Source of the DNA: Hypanus sabinus
Taxonomy: Eukaryota
DNA length: 64,000 nucleotides
Assembly: GCF_030144855.1 (NCBI RefSeq)
Contig: NC_082728.1
Span: 29,822,001-29,886,000 of the forward strand
Direction of reading: 5' to 3'
The notes under the pieces: model-generated
What the model was told of the DNA's origin: nothing
The model's database searches: none
Seen by the model: only the letters and a program-made list of their open reading frames with translations
In this document: positions 26,901-39,320 of the stretch, one piece after another
Layout of the letters: each line of letters starts with the position of its first letter
How positions within the stretch are numbered: position 1 is the first letter of the stretch
Made by a program: the position numbers and the translations under genes

Positions 26901-27672
26901 ATAGGCAGACATACTGCAGATGAAAATTAATGCAGACAAGTGTGAGGTGCTACTCTTTTGGAGGGAAAAGCAGGGTATGACTTAAAAACAGTGAGTGATA
27001 GAGCATTGAGGAGTGGTGTAGAACAGGGGGATCTGGGAGCAGAGATCCATAATTCCTTGAAAGTGCTGTCACAGGAAGATAGGGTCGTAAAAAAGCTTTT
27101 GGCACACTGGCCTTCACAAATCAAAGTAGTGAGTATAGGAGTTGGGATGTAATATTGAAGTTGTACAAGACATAGGGGAGGCCTAATTTGGAATAGTGTG
27201 TGAAGTTCCAGTCACATACCAATAGGAAAGATACCAAATAAGGTTGAAAAAGTGCAGAGAAAGTTTACATGGATATTGCCAGTACTTGAGGACCCCAGTT
27301 ATAGGGAAAGGTTGAATAGGGCTGGACTTTATTCCCTTGAGTACAAGAGAGTGAGGAGAGATTTGATAGAGGTATATAAAATTATGAACTGTAATGATGG
27401 TTTTTTTGCAGGCTTTTTGTGTGAAACCAGAACTAGAGGTAACAGGTTAAAGATAAAAAGGTGACATGGTTAAGGGAAACTTCTTCACTCAGAGAGTGGT
27501 GAAAGTGTAGAACAAGCTGCCAGGATAAATGGTGGATGTGGGCTTGATTTCAACATGAGAAATTTGGAAATGTACACGGATAGGGGAGCTATGGTTTGGA
27601 TGCAGATCAACAGTTTGGTATGGTATGGTCTAGATGGGCCGAAGGGCCTGTTTCTGTGCAGTAGTGTTCTCT
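23960..27672 (+). mobile_element. Near full-length decayed CR1 LINE (ORF1 with SGNH/esterase-like remnant; ORF2 APE+RT)
   Basis: VVIGDSMVR, IHVNTNDMGRK, VVISGLLPVP; KENPKGFYRYIKSKR; LYSLEYKRVRRDLIEVYKIM; tail gggccgaagggcctgtttctgtgc. Confidence 0.92.
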
Positions 27673-27939
27673 GAATAAACACCTAAAAAGCCAATTTTAA
27701 AGAACCCATTTGTAACCAATAGTCCGTCAAATGTTGTTCAACATGTAGTATCTTCAACGAAGGAAAATGTTCAAGAGACTTCCAAGATTAAAACTGACTC
27801 TTTCCCAAAGACCTTTGGACTTAATGATGGTCTTGGAGACATTTTCTGCAGGAAATCAAAACTTTAGGCCTCTATAGCCAAAGGCACATCAATTTCACAA
27901 TGGAGAATGCTTTGTGGAATTATGTTCAAAGAACAAAGC

Positions 27940-28260
27940 CATCTTCAGCTTACAAACCTCACATTGAGGCCCTAAATACATTATAAGATACGCCGGGTAG
28001 GCGACCTTTTGCATGCCTGACACCAGACTCCTGAAACAGAGACTCTATTCTGAGCATCAAGGGAAGAATTGAAATGAATACACTATTCCCACTGTCTCCT
28101 GGAAATTCTTGGCCCATGAAAAGGAGCAGTTAGAATGGGTATTAGAAACATCCATCAGGAGAACACAGAAGCCCTGTGTAAACATCGCCTCAAACTACCT
28201 ACACTCTTGTTCCATTGGGCATCTCCTGTGCACCTGTGAGTAGACTGCAAATACGAGACA
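27940..28260 (+). mobile_element. RTE/BovB-like LINE C-terminal remnant
   Basis: Hand translation across frameshifts gives IEAL...VGDL..MPDTRLLKQRLYSE, matching the RTE-type GHVxRMxxxRLPKQxLYxEL motif. Confidence 0.6.
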
Positions 28261-28466
28261 CGAGTAAACTTGAGGAGATATGCTATATTAGCAAGTAAAA
28301 CAATTGCAAAAGATACTCTAAAACAGAACAGCATATGCAGTCACATTTCAATTGAAAATAGAATAGAGATAATGTAGGATATCACAGCAAATGGTAACAG
28401 GCTGCAGTGAGGCTGCAATAATAGTAAATTAACATAATTTGGTCACAATAGCAAGAGAATCAAACA

Positions 28467-30075
28467 ATAGATAGATAGACACTGCATTGATCCCTAAGGA
28501 GGTTAGTGTCACAGTAGCATTACAAGTCCAGATACACAAATATACAATTAGAAGAGAGAAAAAAGAATGAATAAAAAAGGAAGTTACCTCAAACAGTTCA
28601 GCAGGAAGGGGGTCACAATTTCCCCTGCTATAGGTTGATTCATTATAAAGCCTCTCCAGCAGAGGGCAAGAATGACCTCATACAGCACTCTTTGGAGCAG
28701 CAAAGGTGTCTTAGTCTATTACTAAAAGTGCTCCTCTATTCAGCCAAGTTGGCATGCCGAGGGTGAAAAACACTGCCCAGAATTGCCAGGATTTCCTACA
28801 GGGTCTTCTGTTCTACCACAGTCTCCAGTGTGTCCAGTTTGACTCCTACATCGGAGCCAGCTTTTCTAATGTTTATTGAGCCTGTTGGCATCACCCATGT
28901 TGATGCCACTGCCCCAGCACACCACCACATAGACTGAACTGGTGACAACAGACTGGTACAACATGTGAAGGAGAGGCCTACATACTCTAAAGGATCTGTC
29001 TCCTCAGGAAGTAGAGGTGATTTTGGCCCTTCTGGTACACAGCCTGTGTTGGTGCTCTACTCAAGTCTGTCATCCAGGTGCATTCCCAGGTACTTGTAGG
29101 TCTTCACCACATTCACGTTTTTACCATCAATAGTAAGAGGGAACACTGCAGGCTTAGTCTTCCTAAATTCCATCACCATCTCCTTTGCCTTGCTGACGTT
29201 GAGCTGCAGATGATTCAGCTTACACCATTTGACAAAGTCCTCAACCAGGATCCTGTATCTATCCTCCCTTTATATACCCAAATATTGCTGAGTCAGTCCT
29301 CCAGATGACATGACTTAGTGTTGTATCTAAAGTCGGAGGTATACAGGGTAAACAGGAAGGGAGACAATACAGTCCCGTCGGGCCCTGTTGCTGCTTATAG
29401 CCAGCTCTGAAGCTGCACAAACTGCGGTCTGCCATTCTGGTAGTCCATTATGCAGGATCCAATGAAAGTGCCATCCTGCATTAAATAGAGCTTTTCCCCC
29501 CGCAATGAGAGCTGTATGGTATTGAAGGCACTTGAGAAATCAAAAAACACGATTCTCACAGTGCTGCCCTACTTATCGAAATGGTAGTAGGCTCTGTTCA
29601 GCAGGCAGATTGCAGCATCAACTCTAATGTGCTCCTGGTAGGCAAACTGCAGGGGAGCGAGGGCTGATCTGACCAGGGGTCAGCGGTGAGTCTTCATGAT
29701 ATGTGAGGTCGGGGCTACTTAACGGGAATCATTCAAGACTTTCAGTTAGCCCTTCTTGGGTACTGGGATCACATACGACGTTTTCCACACAGTCGTCACC
29801 CTTTCCAGGCTGAGAATCAGATTGAAAATGCGCTGGAGAACTCCACACAGCTGCTCAGCAAACTCCTTCAGGACCTTCCAGCCCCAATGCTTTGCTGTGT
29901 CTGAGTTTCCCCAGAGCCCCTCTCACTTGCTCACCCATCAATGATGACTGGGTGGAAGGTGGGGGCTGGTGGGAGTGAAGTTCAGGATGATAGCAACTGG
30001 TACATGGCAGTGTGGATGGTAGGTGTAGGGCAAGGAGGGGATGAAGACAGTGGTAGCCTTTGTTGTTCATCCACA
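28467..30075 (-). mobile_element. Rex1-like LINE, second family with (CTAT)n tail
   Basis: VRIVFFDFSSAFNTIQ and LNVSKAKEMVMEF remnants; 3' end shared with 31043-31390. Confidence 0.88.
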
Positions 30076-30799
30076 TGTTAAACTGAAGAGGGGACAGTTT
30101 AGGTAGGCACAAATCTAAGAGGTCATAAAGATTTTGCATTTGGAAGTCCAAAAACAAAAGTCAGAGGTGGGCTGAGATAGAGGATGATAACAGCACTTTT
30201 CAATGTAAAAAAATATTGTGAATCTAGTATTTTCATTTTGAAATTGGAAGGTAAACATTTACAATTTTACTAGCATTAGCAGTTTGGAAGGAAAATGGAA
30301 TTCCCAATGGTCAATAGATATACAATCAAGAAAGCAAGGGTGAGGTCTACCAACATACAGAAATTGCAATGAATTTGGAGGAAGCGAGTTCAAAGTATTA
30401 TTGCTGCTAAAGGGCTTTAAAGGAACATTTTCAGATTGCAAAAGTAGGCATGAATACTGGTGGGAGAGCCCATACAAATGAAATTGTGAAGCATGGACAT
30501 GATGGTAAGGAAGTCAGAGTAGGTAAAGTAAGGTGGATCCTGTGTCTGAGTCAGCGGATAGAGGTTTCAGGAAGAATGGAGTTACAGTGTCACAGAATCT
30601 AATTCAGCATACAGCTTCTATGAACAGAGAGCAAGAATCTTAAGGGGCTGACACAAAGACCAAAACTACTAACAAGCCAAGGAAAAACGAAGCAATATAA
30701 ACAATGAGGACTGTTGGGAAGGAGTACGAAATATAGCTAGGTGAAAGAGTTCAGAATGAGCCATGGCATTCTCAATGCCAAAATTTGCTGCATGAACTT

Positions 30800-31020
30800 A
30801 CAATGGCCTCAAAAAAGCAGTACCCATCATTAAGGATCCATACCATCTGTGACATGTCCTCTTCTCATTAGTACCACCAGGAAGTAGGCTCAAGAGCCTG
30901 AGAACCCACATTCACATTTCAGGAACAGCTTCTTTCTCTCTGACACCAGATTTCTGAAAGGTCTGTCAACACAACCTTGCTACTCTTCATTCGCCCTATT
31001 ATTTAATTGCACATTAGAAC
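30800..31020 (+). mobile_element. Rex1-like LINE 3' fragment
   Basis: IIKDPYH..LFSL.P.G..FRNSFF remnant. Confidence 0.7.
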
Positions 31021-31042
31021 AGATTTTTACTGTTTCACACTG

Positions 31043-31390
31043 TAGATGGATACTTTGTTGATCCCAGAGGAAATTACAGTGTCATTGTGTATCCATGCAT
31101 TACAAGTGCACAGATATAAATATTGGAAGTAGAAAGGATAAAAAAATAAGTTACCACGAACGGTATAACAGGAGGGGGGGGGGGGGGGGTCATCACTTCC
31201 CCGGCTATAGGTTAACTCATTACAGAGCCTAATTGCTGAGGGCAAGAATGACCTCATATAGCGCTCTTTGGAGTGGCAAAGTTGTCTTAGTCTACTACTA
31301 AAAGTGCTCCTCTGTTCAGCCAAGGTGACATGCAGAGGATGAGAAACATTGGGCAGAATCGCCAGGATTTTCCATAGGGTACTGCTGCCA
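31043..31390 (-). mobile_element. Rex1-like LINE 3' end (same family as 28467-30075)
   Basis: HPLHVTL..QRSTFSSRLRQL...RSFLPSAIRL. Confidence 0.88.
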
Positions 31391-31904
31391 CAAAACAACA
31401 TGTCAATGATAATTTAACAGACCCCAATTTTAATTGCAAGTGAATGAGTGTGAGGGGAGAGGGGGTAAGGTGTCAATTTGTGGTTAGAGTGACAGCCACC
31501 ATTAGCCACCAGTGGTTACACCCAAATAAAAGTGTAGGGAGAAACAAGACAGTATACTTAGATCATTGTTTGCAAAATACCAGTAGCTGTATCATGAAAC
31601 CATGGGTGTATCCAATGAATAGTCCAAAATAGAAATAAGGTACTTATTATTTAGACAGAAAAGGAAAGATGAATAGATTCAAAAACTTCACTTGATAACA
31701 TCAGGAGATAAGTGATGGGTGCAAAACAGTAACAAAAATGAGATAAGTGATGGCTTTGATTCTTTGAAAAGTGTAACTTGAACTGAAAAAATCGTGAAGG
31801 ACTGTGTTACAGTAATTGCCAAACCAGTTTTGCAGCATAGGTATTTCATGTACAATTGAACAGCTGACAGATGAAATGTTTTTGTTTTTGCTAAATCCAT
31901 TCTG

Positions 31905-32715
31905 TATCCCACAGATCTTCAGAGTCCAAAGTAAACCGATGTCACCATATACAACGCTGAGATTCATTTTCTTGAGAGTATACTCAATAAATCCAATGTC
32001 CATAATGGAATCAATGAACGACTGCACCAGCTGGTAGAACCAGTGTGCAAAAGGCAAGAAATTGTGCAAGTACAAAAAGAAAGTTTTAAAAAAAGAAATA
32101 ATAATAAATAACTAAAGCAACAAATACTGAGAACATGAGATGAAGAATCCTTGAAAATGAGTCCAAAGGTGTGGAAACAGTTCAGTGATGGGGCAATAAC
32201 TGTTCCTGAACTCAGTGGTGTGAGTCCTGAGGCTCTGTACCTTCTTCCTGATGGCCATAGCAAGAAGAGAGCATGACCTGGGCAGTGGTGGTCCCTGATG
32301 GTGAATGTAGAAGGATATGCTCAATGGTGTGGGGGTAGCTTTATCGACTATGGGCTGGGCCATATACACGACTTTTTGTAGGATTTTCCATTCAACGGCA
32401 TTGGTGTTTCCACACCCGGCTGTGATGCAGCCAGTCAAAATACTCTCCACCACACATCTACAAAAGTTTCTCAAAGCTTCAGATGTCATGATGAATCTTC
32501 GCAAGCTAATAAGTAGAGGCACTGCCGTGCTTTCTTCGTAATCGCACTTACATGTTGTGCCCAGGAATGGTCCTCTGAAATTACAGCACCAAGGAATTTA
32601 AAGTTGCTGACCCCCTCCATCTCTGATCCCTGATGAGGACCGGTTCATGGAACTGTGGTTTTCCACCGCCTGGTCCATAATCAGCTCCTTGGTCTTGCTG
32701 ACATTGAGAAAGAGG
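31905..32715 (-). mobile_element. Rex1-like LINE 3' fragment
   Basis: NFCRCVVESILTGCITA, SLRTHTTEFRNSY. Confidence 0.88.
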
Positions 32716-33608
32716 TCTTCTGTCAGTCAGTTATTTTTAGGGATGGCTGCAAGCGTCACATTGGTATAAAATGACACTGATCTAGTAGATGGATTAGAAT
32801 AAGAAACAAAATTGAGCTACACTTAAAAAGCTTTATACCCAGCATTTCTTGTAGGAATAAACTATTATTCTGATTTGGAGCCCAATCTCTTCTGGACCCC
32901 TATTCTGGACTATTGATAGTGGAGTCAAATTCAGAAAAAAATTTGATCTTGATTAGGAGGCTACCACTACACGTTATCATGTAAACAGCTATGGAAATAG
33001 TGCAACGTGATGCAAAAGTAATCGTGTATTTTCAACTGGAAATCAACTATCCACTGCAACCCTGTCCAGTCATCGCCACCGAAATTCTCCAAATAACACA
33101 TGTATCCTCGCAACAAGACACGTGTCCGTTAACCCCAAATTCATTATGGTTCTATAAAGCAGTGGCCCCTTCTTCAAATTACTTCCTTACCACAGGATTG
33201 ACCCCTTCCCTTCCTAAAAGCAACACAGAACCCCGATTTTTTCATTATAGAAGCGGCGCCCCGTACCCCAACCCTCTCCATCAGAGCTTATTCCACACCC
33301 GGGGGCAATGTCCGGACGACTGGCTGGGTCAAGCTGGCTGCTGTTAACTGGGGTCCAGCAGCTGTCCCCCCCGCCCATCCGTGGTGGACAAGACGAACCA
33401 TGCCGAGCTTTTCGGCCGGGCACCCAACTCCCGTTTAAAAGAAAGTCCGCCTGCGGATCCCACACCGACCCGGCTCTCTGGCGCCGCCACTGCTGCTGCT
33501 GCTGCTTCGGATGGTGTATTCGTGTGTACGTGCAGGACGTGCCGGGCCGTGGGCTGTTGCTCGGTGTGGGGGAATCAGGGATGTAGGGCCGGCCTGGCCG
33601 CTGCTTAC

Positions 33609-33737
33609 CTTGACAGTGTTTAAGGACAGAGAGAAAGTTTCGTGGTAGTTGTGTTTTGTCCAGTCGTAAGAGTCTCTCAACTCGGGGCGGGCACTGCGCT
33701 TTGCTTCTTTTATTCGCTTTTTAGCTTTGTGATTCAT
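33609..33737 (-). CDS. JMJD6: JMJD6 coding exon 1 ([43 protein letters not shown])
   Basis: ATG at 33737; typical JMJD6 N-terminus; donor AAG|GTAAGC; 129 bp, phase 0. Confidence 0.97.
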
Positions 33738-34045
33738 TTCCTACTCTTTCAAAAGGCCGGAGCCCTCTTTTCCCGCTTGCCGCCAATCTCCAAGAGCAGG
33801 TCCTCCAGCCGTGGATCTTCGCACTTATAGGCCTTCCAGAATTTTCATACCCCTGCCCTGCACTGGCCACACCGGCCCGTCCATCACGCCAACATGACAG
33901 GAGTCCCGCCTACACCCCCGTGTCGATTGGACCCATTGTGGGCCCAGCTGTATCATTGGTCGATGCCGCGTGTCGGTCTAATGACGACGCGAGCGAGCCC
34001 CGCCTCCGCTCTCGGCGCGGCCGGCCCGGTAAAGGTAATGATGTC

Positions 34046-34126
34046 ATGAGCGGCCGGGGCTCAGTCAGCGTGAGGCGGTTTTCGTTTGCCGGTGCTCCCG
34101 AGTCTCTGGAGGTTCGCATTCCCGAG
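34046..34126 (+). CDS. METTL23: METTL23 coding exon 1 (MSGRGSVSVRRFSFAGAPESLEVRIPE)
   Basis: gtcATGa start; donor GAG|gtgggc; 81 bp phase 0, in frame with exon 2; exact start codon uncertain. Confidence 0.8.
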
Positions 34127-34209
34127 GTGGGCTAACATCCCGAGTTGAACATTCGTGGTCCTTTCTAATGGAGTGCAACCCAGAGCTCCTGCTCTCTCTT
34201 TCTCCCGCA

Positions 34210-34370
34210 TTGGACACTGCGCCCCAAGGAGGGGGGACTTTGGGGTTCTAACATTTAACTGCCATCCATTCTTTGGGGTACTCCTCTGTTTTCTTGGATG
34301 GTTGCAAATTAAAAAACATTCCAGAATGTATATTGTATACATTTCTCCGACATTAATGTATCTTTGAAAC
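34210..34370 (+). repeat. 3' fragment of the 18280-19100 repeat family
   Basis: ggactttggggttctaacatttaactg...ttgtatacatttctccgacattaa matches 18965-19085. Confidence 0.8.
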
Positions 34371-35039
34371 TAACCTGTTTTTTTTAAAATGCCTCGGCAT
34401 GAGGGGAAGTTATCGTCAGTGCAGCAGCCAACACGTGCTGACTGGCTCCTTCCCTCTGGAGAGGTGGACGGTTTATTTCCCTCCATAGCCCCCTCCTGGC
34501 GAACGGCAGAGCAGCTCCATCCTTTTAACTCCACACACACCCATCGCAGAGCCACTCCCCATCCACGCTGCCACAGCGGAGCCTACCTCATCTACACACC
34601 CACAGCAGACAGTCCCTTCACACGCATACATGGCTCTTCCCTCCGCTCATGTACACGTAAATCAAAGCTGACCTCTCACCTCCTTACCCATACTTCTGCC
34701 CTTTCCCCTCCAACAATGTCCCACCTCTCTACACACACCTTGTCACTGGGTTTTGACAGGCTCCTTGCACCCTGCTTCCGCTCCTCACCATCCTCAGTTA
34801 CTGTCACCCTGGGATACAGCAGCAGACTCAATAGACCAAAAGACCTAATCTTGCTCTTATATCTTATGATCTGACACATTTTCTTTCCTACCCTTCCTCT
34901 CTCACTTCTTATTCCTGTGATCTTAAGATACAGACCTAATCCTTTTTCTGTCAAATCTGTTTTCGGAATGAATCTTGTCAGGACTCTATACATTGTCGAA
35001 TAAATGCAACACTAAAGTTAAATTAAGGAGAAAGAGAAT

Positions 35040-35417
35040 TTTAGATGAGTGCAGTAAGAATGAACCAAATTCCTATGATCCGCAAGTCCTGGGGATGGGG
35101 CCTGAGGTTTGAAGGATCAGCGAGTCCTGGGGTAATCATAATTCGTGAGAGTCTGGGCCACGGGCTGGAGGTTAGAGATATGGTAACTGAGAATCTAGGA
35201 CCAAAAGAAGGTGAGTAATTGAAAAGATCAGAAAGGGGATTATTTTGCTGTTGCTGCTGTTATTTTGTTGCTGAGCATTGTCAGCATGCTATGTTGGTGC
35301 TGTAATGTATGGTAACACTTTCAGGCTGCCCCAGCACGTCCATGAATGTGTTTGGTTGTTAACACAAACAGTTCATTTCACTGTACCAACATGCATGTGA
35401 TAAATAAATCTGAATCC
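35040..35417 (+). mobile_element. Non-autonomous retroelement sharing the SINE tail of 23625-23830
   Basis: gcatgctatgttgg...gctgccccagcac...catgtgataaataaatctgaatc. Confidence 0.6.
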
Positions 35418-35599
35418 CTTTTGCACCTTCTCCCTTGCCATATCCATACCCACAGTGACATTGTTTCCCCATCCTCCTCCATTTTTTCTCAATTCTTTAT
35501 AAACTCCACGTTTTGTCATCACATTTTAATGACCAGTGTCTGCCATTTTGTTTCGATCCAAGATTGAAAATCATACCTTCAGCTAGCATAAAATCTAGA

Positions 35600-36066
35600 A
35601 CTTAGGACTTGATCCATTCTGATGCCTCTCTACCCTTTCTGAGTTTCCCTGTCCCTGTTTCTGGGGACAAACTGTCTACCAATATCTTATATAAATTTAC
35701 CAATTTTCACAGCTATCTTGATTATACTTTTTCCCATCCTGTCACCTGTAAAAATGCCATTCCCTTTTCTCAGTTATTTTGTCCCCACGCCATCTGTTCA
35801 TACGAGGCTTTTCTTCCCAGATCAGATATCCTTTAAAGAGCGTAGTTTCCCTTCCTCCATTATTCCTCACCTGCATCTTCTCCATTTCCCAGACACCTGC
35901 CCGTACTCCATCTTCCCCTGCCTTAATGGGGATAGACTTCTTGTCCAGACCTACCACCCAAGGAGCTTCCACAGCCAGCACATCATTCTCCAAAACTTAT
36001 GTTATCTTCAATGGGATTTGACCACGAAACAAAATTTTCAGAATCTGCAGAATCTCGTGTGCTTAT
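35600..36066 (+). mobile_element. Penelope-like element RT C-terminal fragment
   Basis: SLPFL...LSTNILYKFTNFHSYLDYTFSHPVTCKNAIPFSQL; ends in a pseudo-LTR tail. Confidence 0.85.
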
Positions 36067-36263
36067 AGGTTCAACGAATTCATTTATAATGCTCACCTTT
36101 CCACATCTTCTGAGTCTGATTTAACAATATTTTACAAAGTAGTTGCTTGTTTTAATCCATTCCTATGGGTTGTCAAATTTTGGCTGATCAATGCACCTGT
36201 AATTTGTCTTTTAAAATTATCACCTTAAAGATGTGATAAAAGTATGATGATTTGTATCTTCAG

Positions 36264-36368
36264 GTACTCGATCCTCAATATGGCTTGTACATATGGCCAG
36301 GTTCAGTGGTTCTGGCGCAGTACGTGTGGTTTAACAAAAGCAAGGTCAAAGGAAAGACCATATTAGAG
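36264..36368 (+). CDS. METTL23: METTL23 coding exon 2 (VLDPQYGLYIWPGSVVLAQYVWFNKSKVKGKTILE)
   Basis: ttcag|GTA acceptor, GAG|gtaaaa donor; GxxxWxxxxxL motif of family-16 seven-beta-strand methyltransferases. Confidence 0.95.
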
Positions 36369-36737
36369 GTAAAAGCAGATAAATCAAAAAATCCTGAAAC
36401 CTTAACAATTTCTACATGGAAAAGTTGCAAATGTACTTTGCTAATGCTACAAAATTTTATTCATATGAATAACCTCAGATATTTGTTGAATTAGCTAAGT
36501 TCCTAATACATGATCGATATTTTATCATGTGCCCCTGTTAAGATCTAAGTTTCTTAAGAAAAAATACTATGAAACCGAGTAATTTTGAAGTTTCAGCAAA
36601 AATTAGCTGGTTATGAATCAGTTCAAGAAGTGAAAAACTATTATACGGTTGATTGTTTAAAATTATTACTAAATTCTTAAATTTGTTAAATTTCATGTGA
36701 TTTGGTTTATTTCCATTTTAGTTTATTTTTACTTTAT

Positions 36738-37920
36738 TGTACACCTATGTCAGGATGTTTATCGACTATAGCTCAGCAATTCATACCATCATTTCCACAA
36801 TACTGATTGAGAAGTTGCAGAACCTGGGCCTCTGTACCTGCCTCTGCAACAGGATCTTCGACTTCCTAACCAGAAGAGCACAATCTGTGCGGATTGGTGG
36901 TAACATATCCTCATCGCTGACAATCAACACTGGTGCACCTCAGGGGTGTGTGCTTAGCCCACTGGCTACTCTCTATATACACATGACTGTGTGGCTCGGC
37001 ACAGCTCAAATACCATCTATAAATTTGCCACAATACAACTATTGTTGGTAGAATATCAGATGGTGATGAGAGGACGTACAGGACTGAAATATGCCAACTA
37101 GTGGAGTGGTGCCACAGCAACAACATGGCACTCAACATCAGTAAGACGAAAGAGCTGATTGTGGATGTTAGAAAGGGTAAGATGAAGGAACATATACCAA
37201 TCCTCATAGAAGAATCAGAAGTGGAGAAAGTGAGCAGTTTCAAGTTCCTGAGAGTCAAGATCTCTTAAGGATCTAACCTGGTCCGAACATATCGATGTAG
37301 TTGTAAAGAAGGCAAGATAGCGGCTGTACTTTATTAGAAGTATGAAGAGATTTGGCATGTCAACAAATACACTCAATAACTTCTATAGATGTACCGTGGA
37401 GAGCATTCTGACAGGCTGCATCACTGTCTGTAATGGTAGGTTGTTGGGGAGGGGGGCTACTGAACAGGGCCGAAAGAAGCTGCAGAGGGTTGTAAATCTA
37501 GTCAGCTTCATCTTGGGTACCAGTCTACAAAGTACCCAGGACATCTTCAGGGAGCTGTGTCTCAGAAAAGCAGCGTCCATTATTAAGGACCTCTAGCACT
37601 CAGGGCATACCCTTTTCTCACTGTTACTATCAGGGAGGAGGTACAGAAGTCTGAAGGCACACACTCAGCAATTCAGGAACAGCTTCTTCCCTTCTGCCAT
37701 CCAATTGCTAAATGCACATTGAACTCTTGGACACTACCCACTTTTTTTTCATATACAGTATTTCTGTTATTTGCACATTTTTATAATCTATTCAATATAT
37801 CTATACTGTAATTGATTTATTATTATTATTTTTATTTTTTCTCTTCTATGTCTTGCATGGAACCGCTGCTGCTAAGTTAACAAATTTCACGTCACATGCC
37901 AGTGATAATATATCTGATTT
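36738..37920 (+). mobile_element. Rex1/Babar-like LINE 3' half (same family as 775-2945)
   Basis: [37 protein letters not shown]. Confidence 0.92.
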
Positions 37921-38169
37921 TCCTTTGCTTATTGGCTGATTTTTAATTTTTAATTTAATTTGCAAATAAATTATTAATGCAAAGAGCCATGCAGCCTTCT
38001 TGGTGGGTTGTGGAAAGCAGTTAAATTGGGGGAAGGCTGACTTAAATGGTTTGAGACAGAACATGGCAAAAGTACATTGGTACTGACTGGGGGGGGGGGG
38101 GGGGGGGGGGAGGGGGAACAAAATCCAGTAAGTACAAGGCATTTTAAAAGTGAAATAGTATGAGTTCAA

Positions 38170-39320
38170 AGTCACTGTGTCTCTGTATGGCTAAGAAGCA
38201 AAGAGAGTAAGATGAGAGAACCTTAATTAACAAAAGAAATTGAGGTGATCAGGAAGAAGGAACTGTACTTCAAATATAGGAAATTGTTATCCAATGAGTC
38301 CTCTTAATGCTTTATAGAAGATGTACTGTAGGAGATACAAGGGCAAATGTGAGTTTTGAAATGCCCTGGCCAACAAAATTAAGAGATTTCAGAACACTAT
38401 TAAAGTATGAGAAGCAAGAGAATAGCTCATGAGAGTAGGTTCCTCATGGATGAAAAGGATAGTCTTTTTTGTGTAGTCAGGGAAAATGTGTGGTGTGCTG
38501 AATGAATACTTAGTGTCAGCATTCACCAAGGGGGAGGATAGAATTAAGACAATGTACGCTGATATTGGTTTGGGTGATGGTAAGTAAAATGTCAGGGAGA
38601 ATTTTTCTGATGACGTTGTAACAAATAAAGTACTGCTAGGATCTTTCTTACTCATCTATTAATTGATTTGGATAAGAATATCTGGTTTGATTAGTTTGGT
38701 AATGACACCTAAATTGATGGGAGATGTGGTTGCTGAAGAATATGGGATGTAAATTAGTTGGAAAGTTAGGTGAAGTGGTGTCAGATGGCATTTCGTTCAG
38801 ACAAGTGTGAGGCAATAAATGTTGGTCTTCTAATACACAGTAAATAGCAGGGACCTTAACATTTAACAGAAAGATCTGTGGTGGCAAGTTTACAGTTAGC
38901 TGAAGACTGTGACACAGATGGATAGAGTTGTGATGTGGCAGGGATATAGATAGAGTACAAGAAATGAGACATCACATTGCAGCTGTACAAGACAAATATT
39001 CAGCCACATTTGGAATATTCTGTACAATTCTGGTCAGCACCGGAAGGATGTGGTAATACTAGAAAGAGTGCAGAAGCAGATGCACCAGGTTGTTGCCTGG
39101 AAAGGAGGGCTCTAATTTCAAGGCTATTTTGTTCTCAGTTGAGATCAGAAGGCTGAGAGGTAACCTTATGAAGGTTTATATCCAAGGGGGAAGGGTTTAA
39201 CATTCAAGGGCATAGGTATAAGGTGAGAGTGAAAATATTCACAGATCTGAGGAGCAGGTCTTTCACTTAGAGGGTATATAGAAGAAGAAGTGAGGGGTGG
39301 TGGTACAGGCAGGTATAGTC
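38170..39320 (+). mobile_element. Old, heavily decayed CR1 ORF2
   Basis: LNEYLVSAFTK, LYKTNIQPHLEYSVQFWSA remnants. Confidence 0.75.

Larger units (their letters stand above)
33250..34150. promoter_or_regulatory. CpG island / bidirectional promoter shared by JMJD6 and METTL23
   Basis: GC/CpG-rich in an AT-rich background; divergent ATGs (33737 and 34046) 308 bp apart; CCAAT/ATTGG boxes near 33783, 33926, 33955. Confidence 0.85.

Noticed and set aside
33214-33830. Several overlapping ORFs around JMJD6 exon 1
   Set aside because: Expected from stop-codon depletion in a CpG island; no recognisable products.
34389-34874. 161-aa S/T/H/P-rich ORF in METTL23 intron 1
   Set aside because: C/A-biased low-complexity sequence with no domain; possibly the 5' part of a Penelope-like element, but I cannot support a call.
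38089-38116. Long G/C homopolymers (also ~21113, 24879, 31175, 42347, 46512, 52455) as G-quadruplex signals
   Set aside because: Mostly slippage tracts within TE remnants; lengths may be sequencing artefacts.
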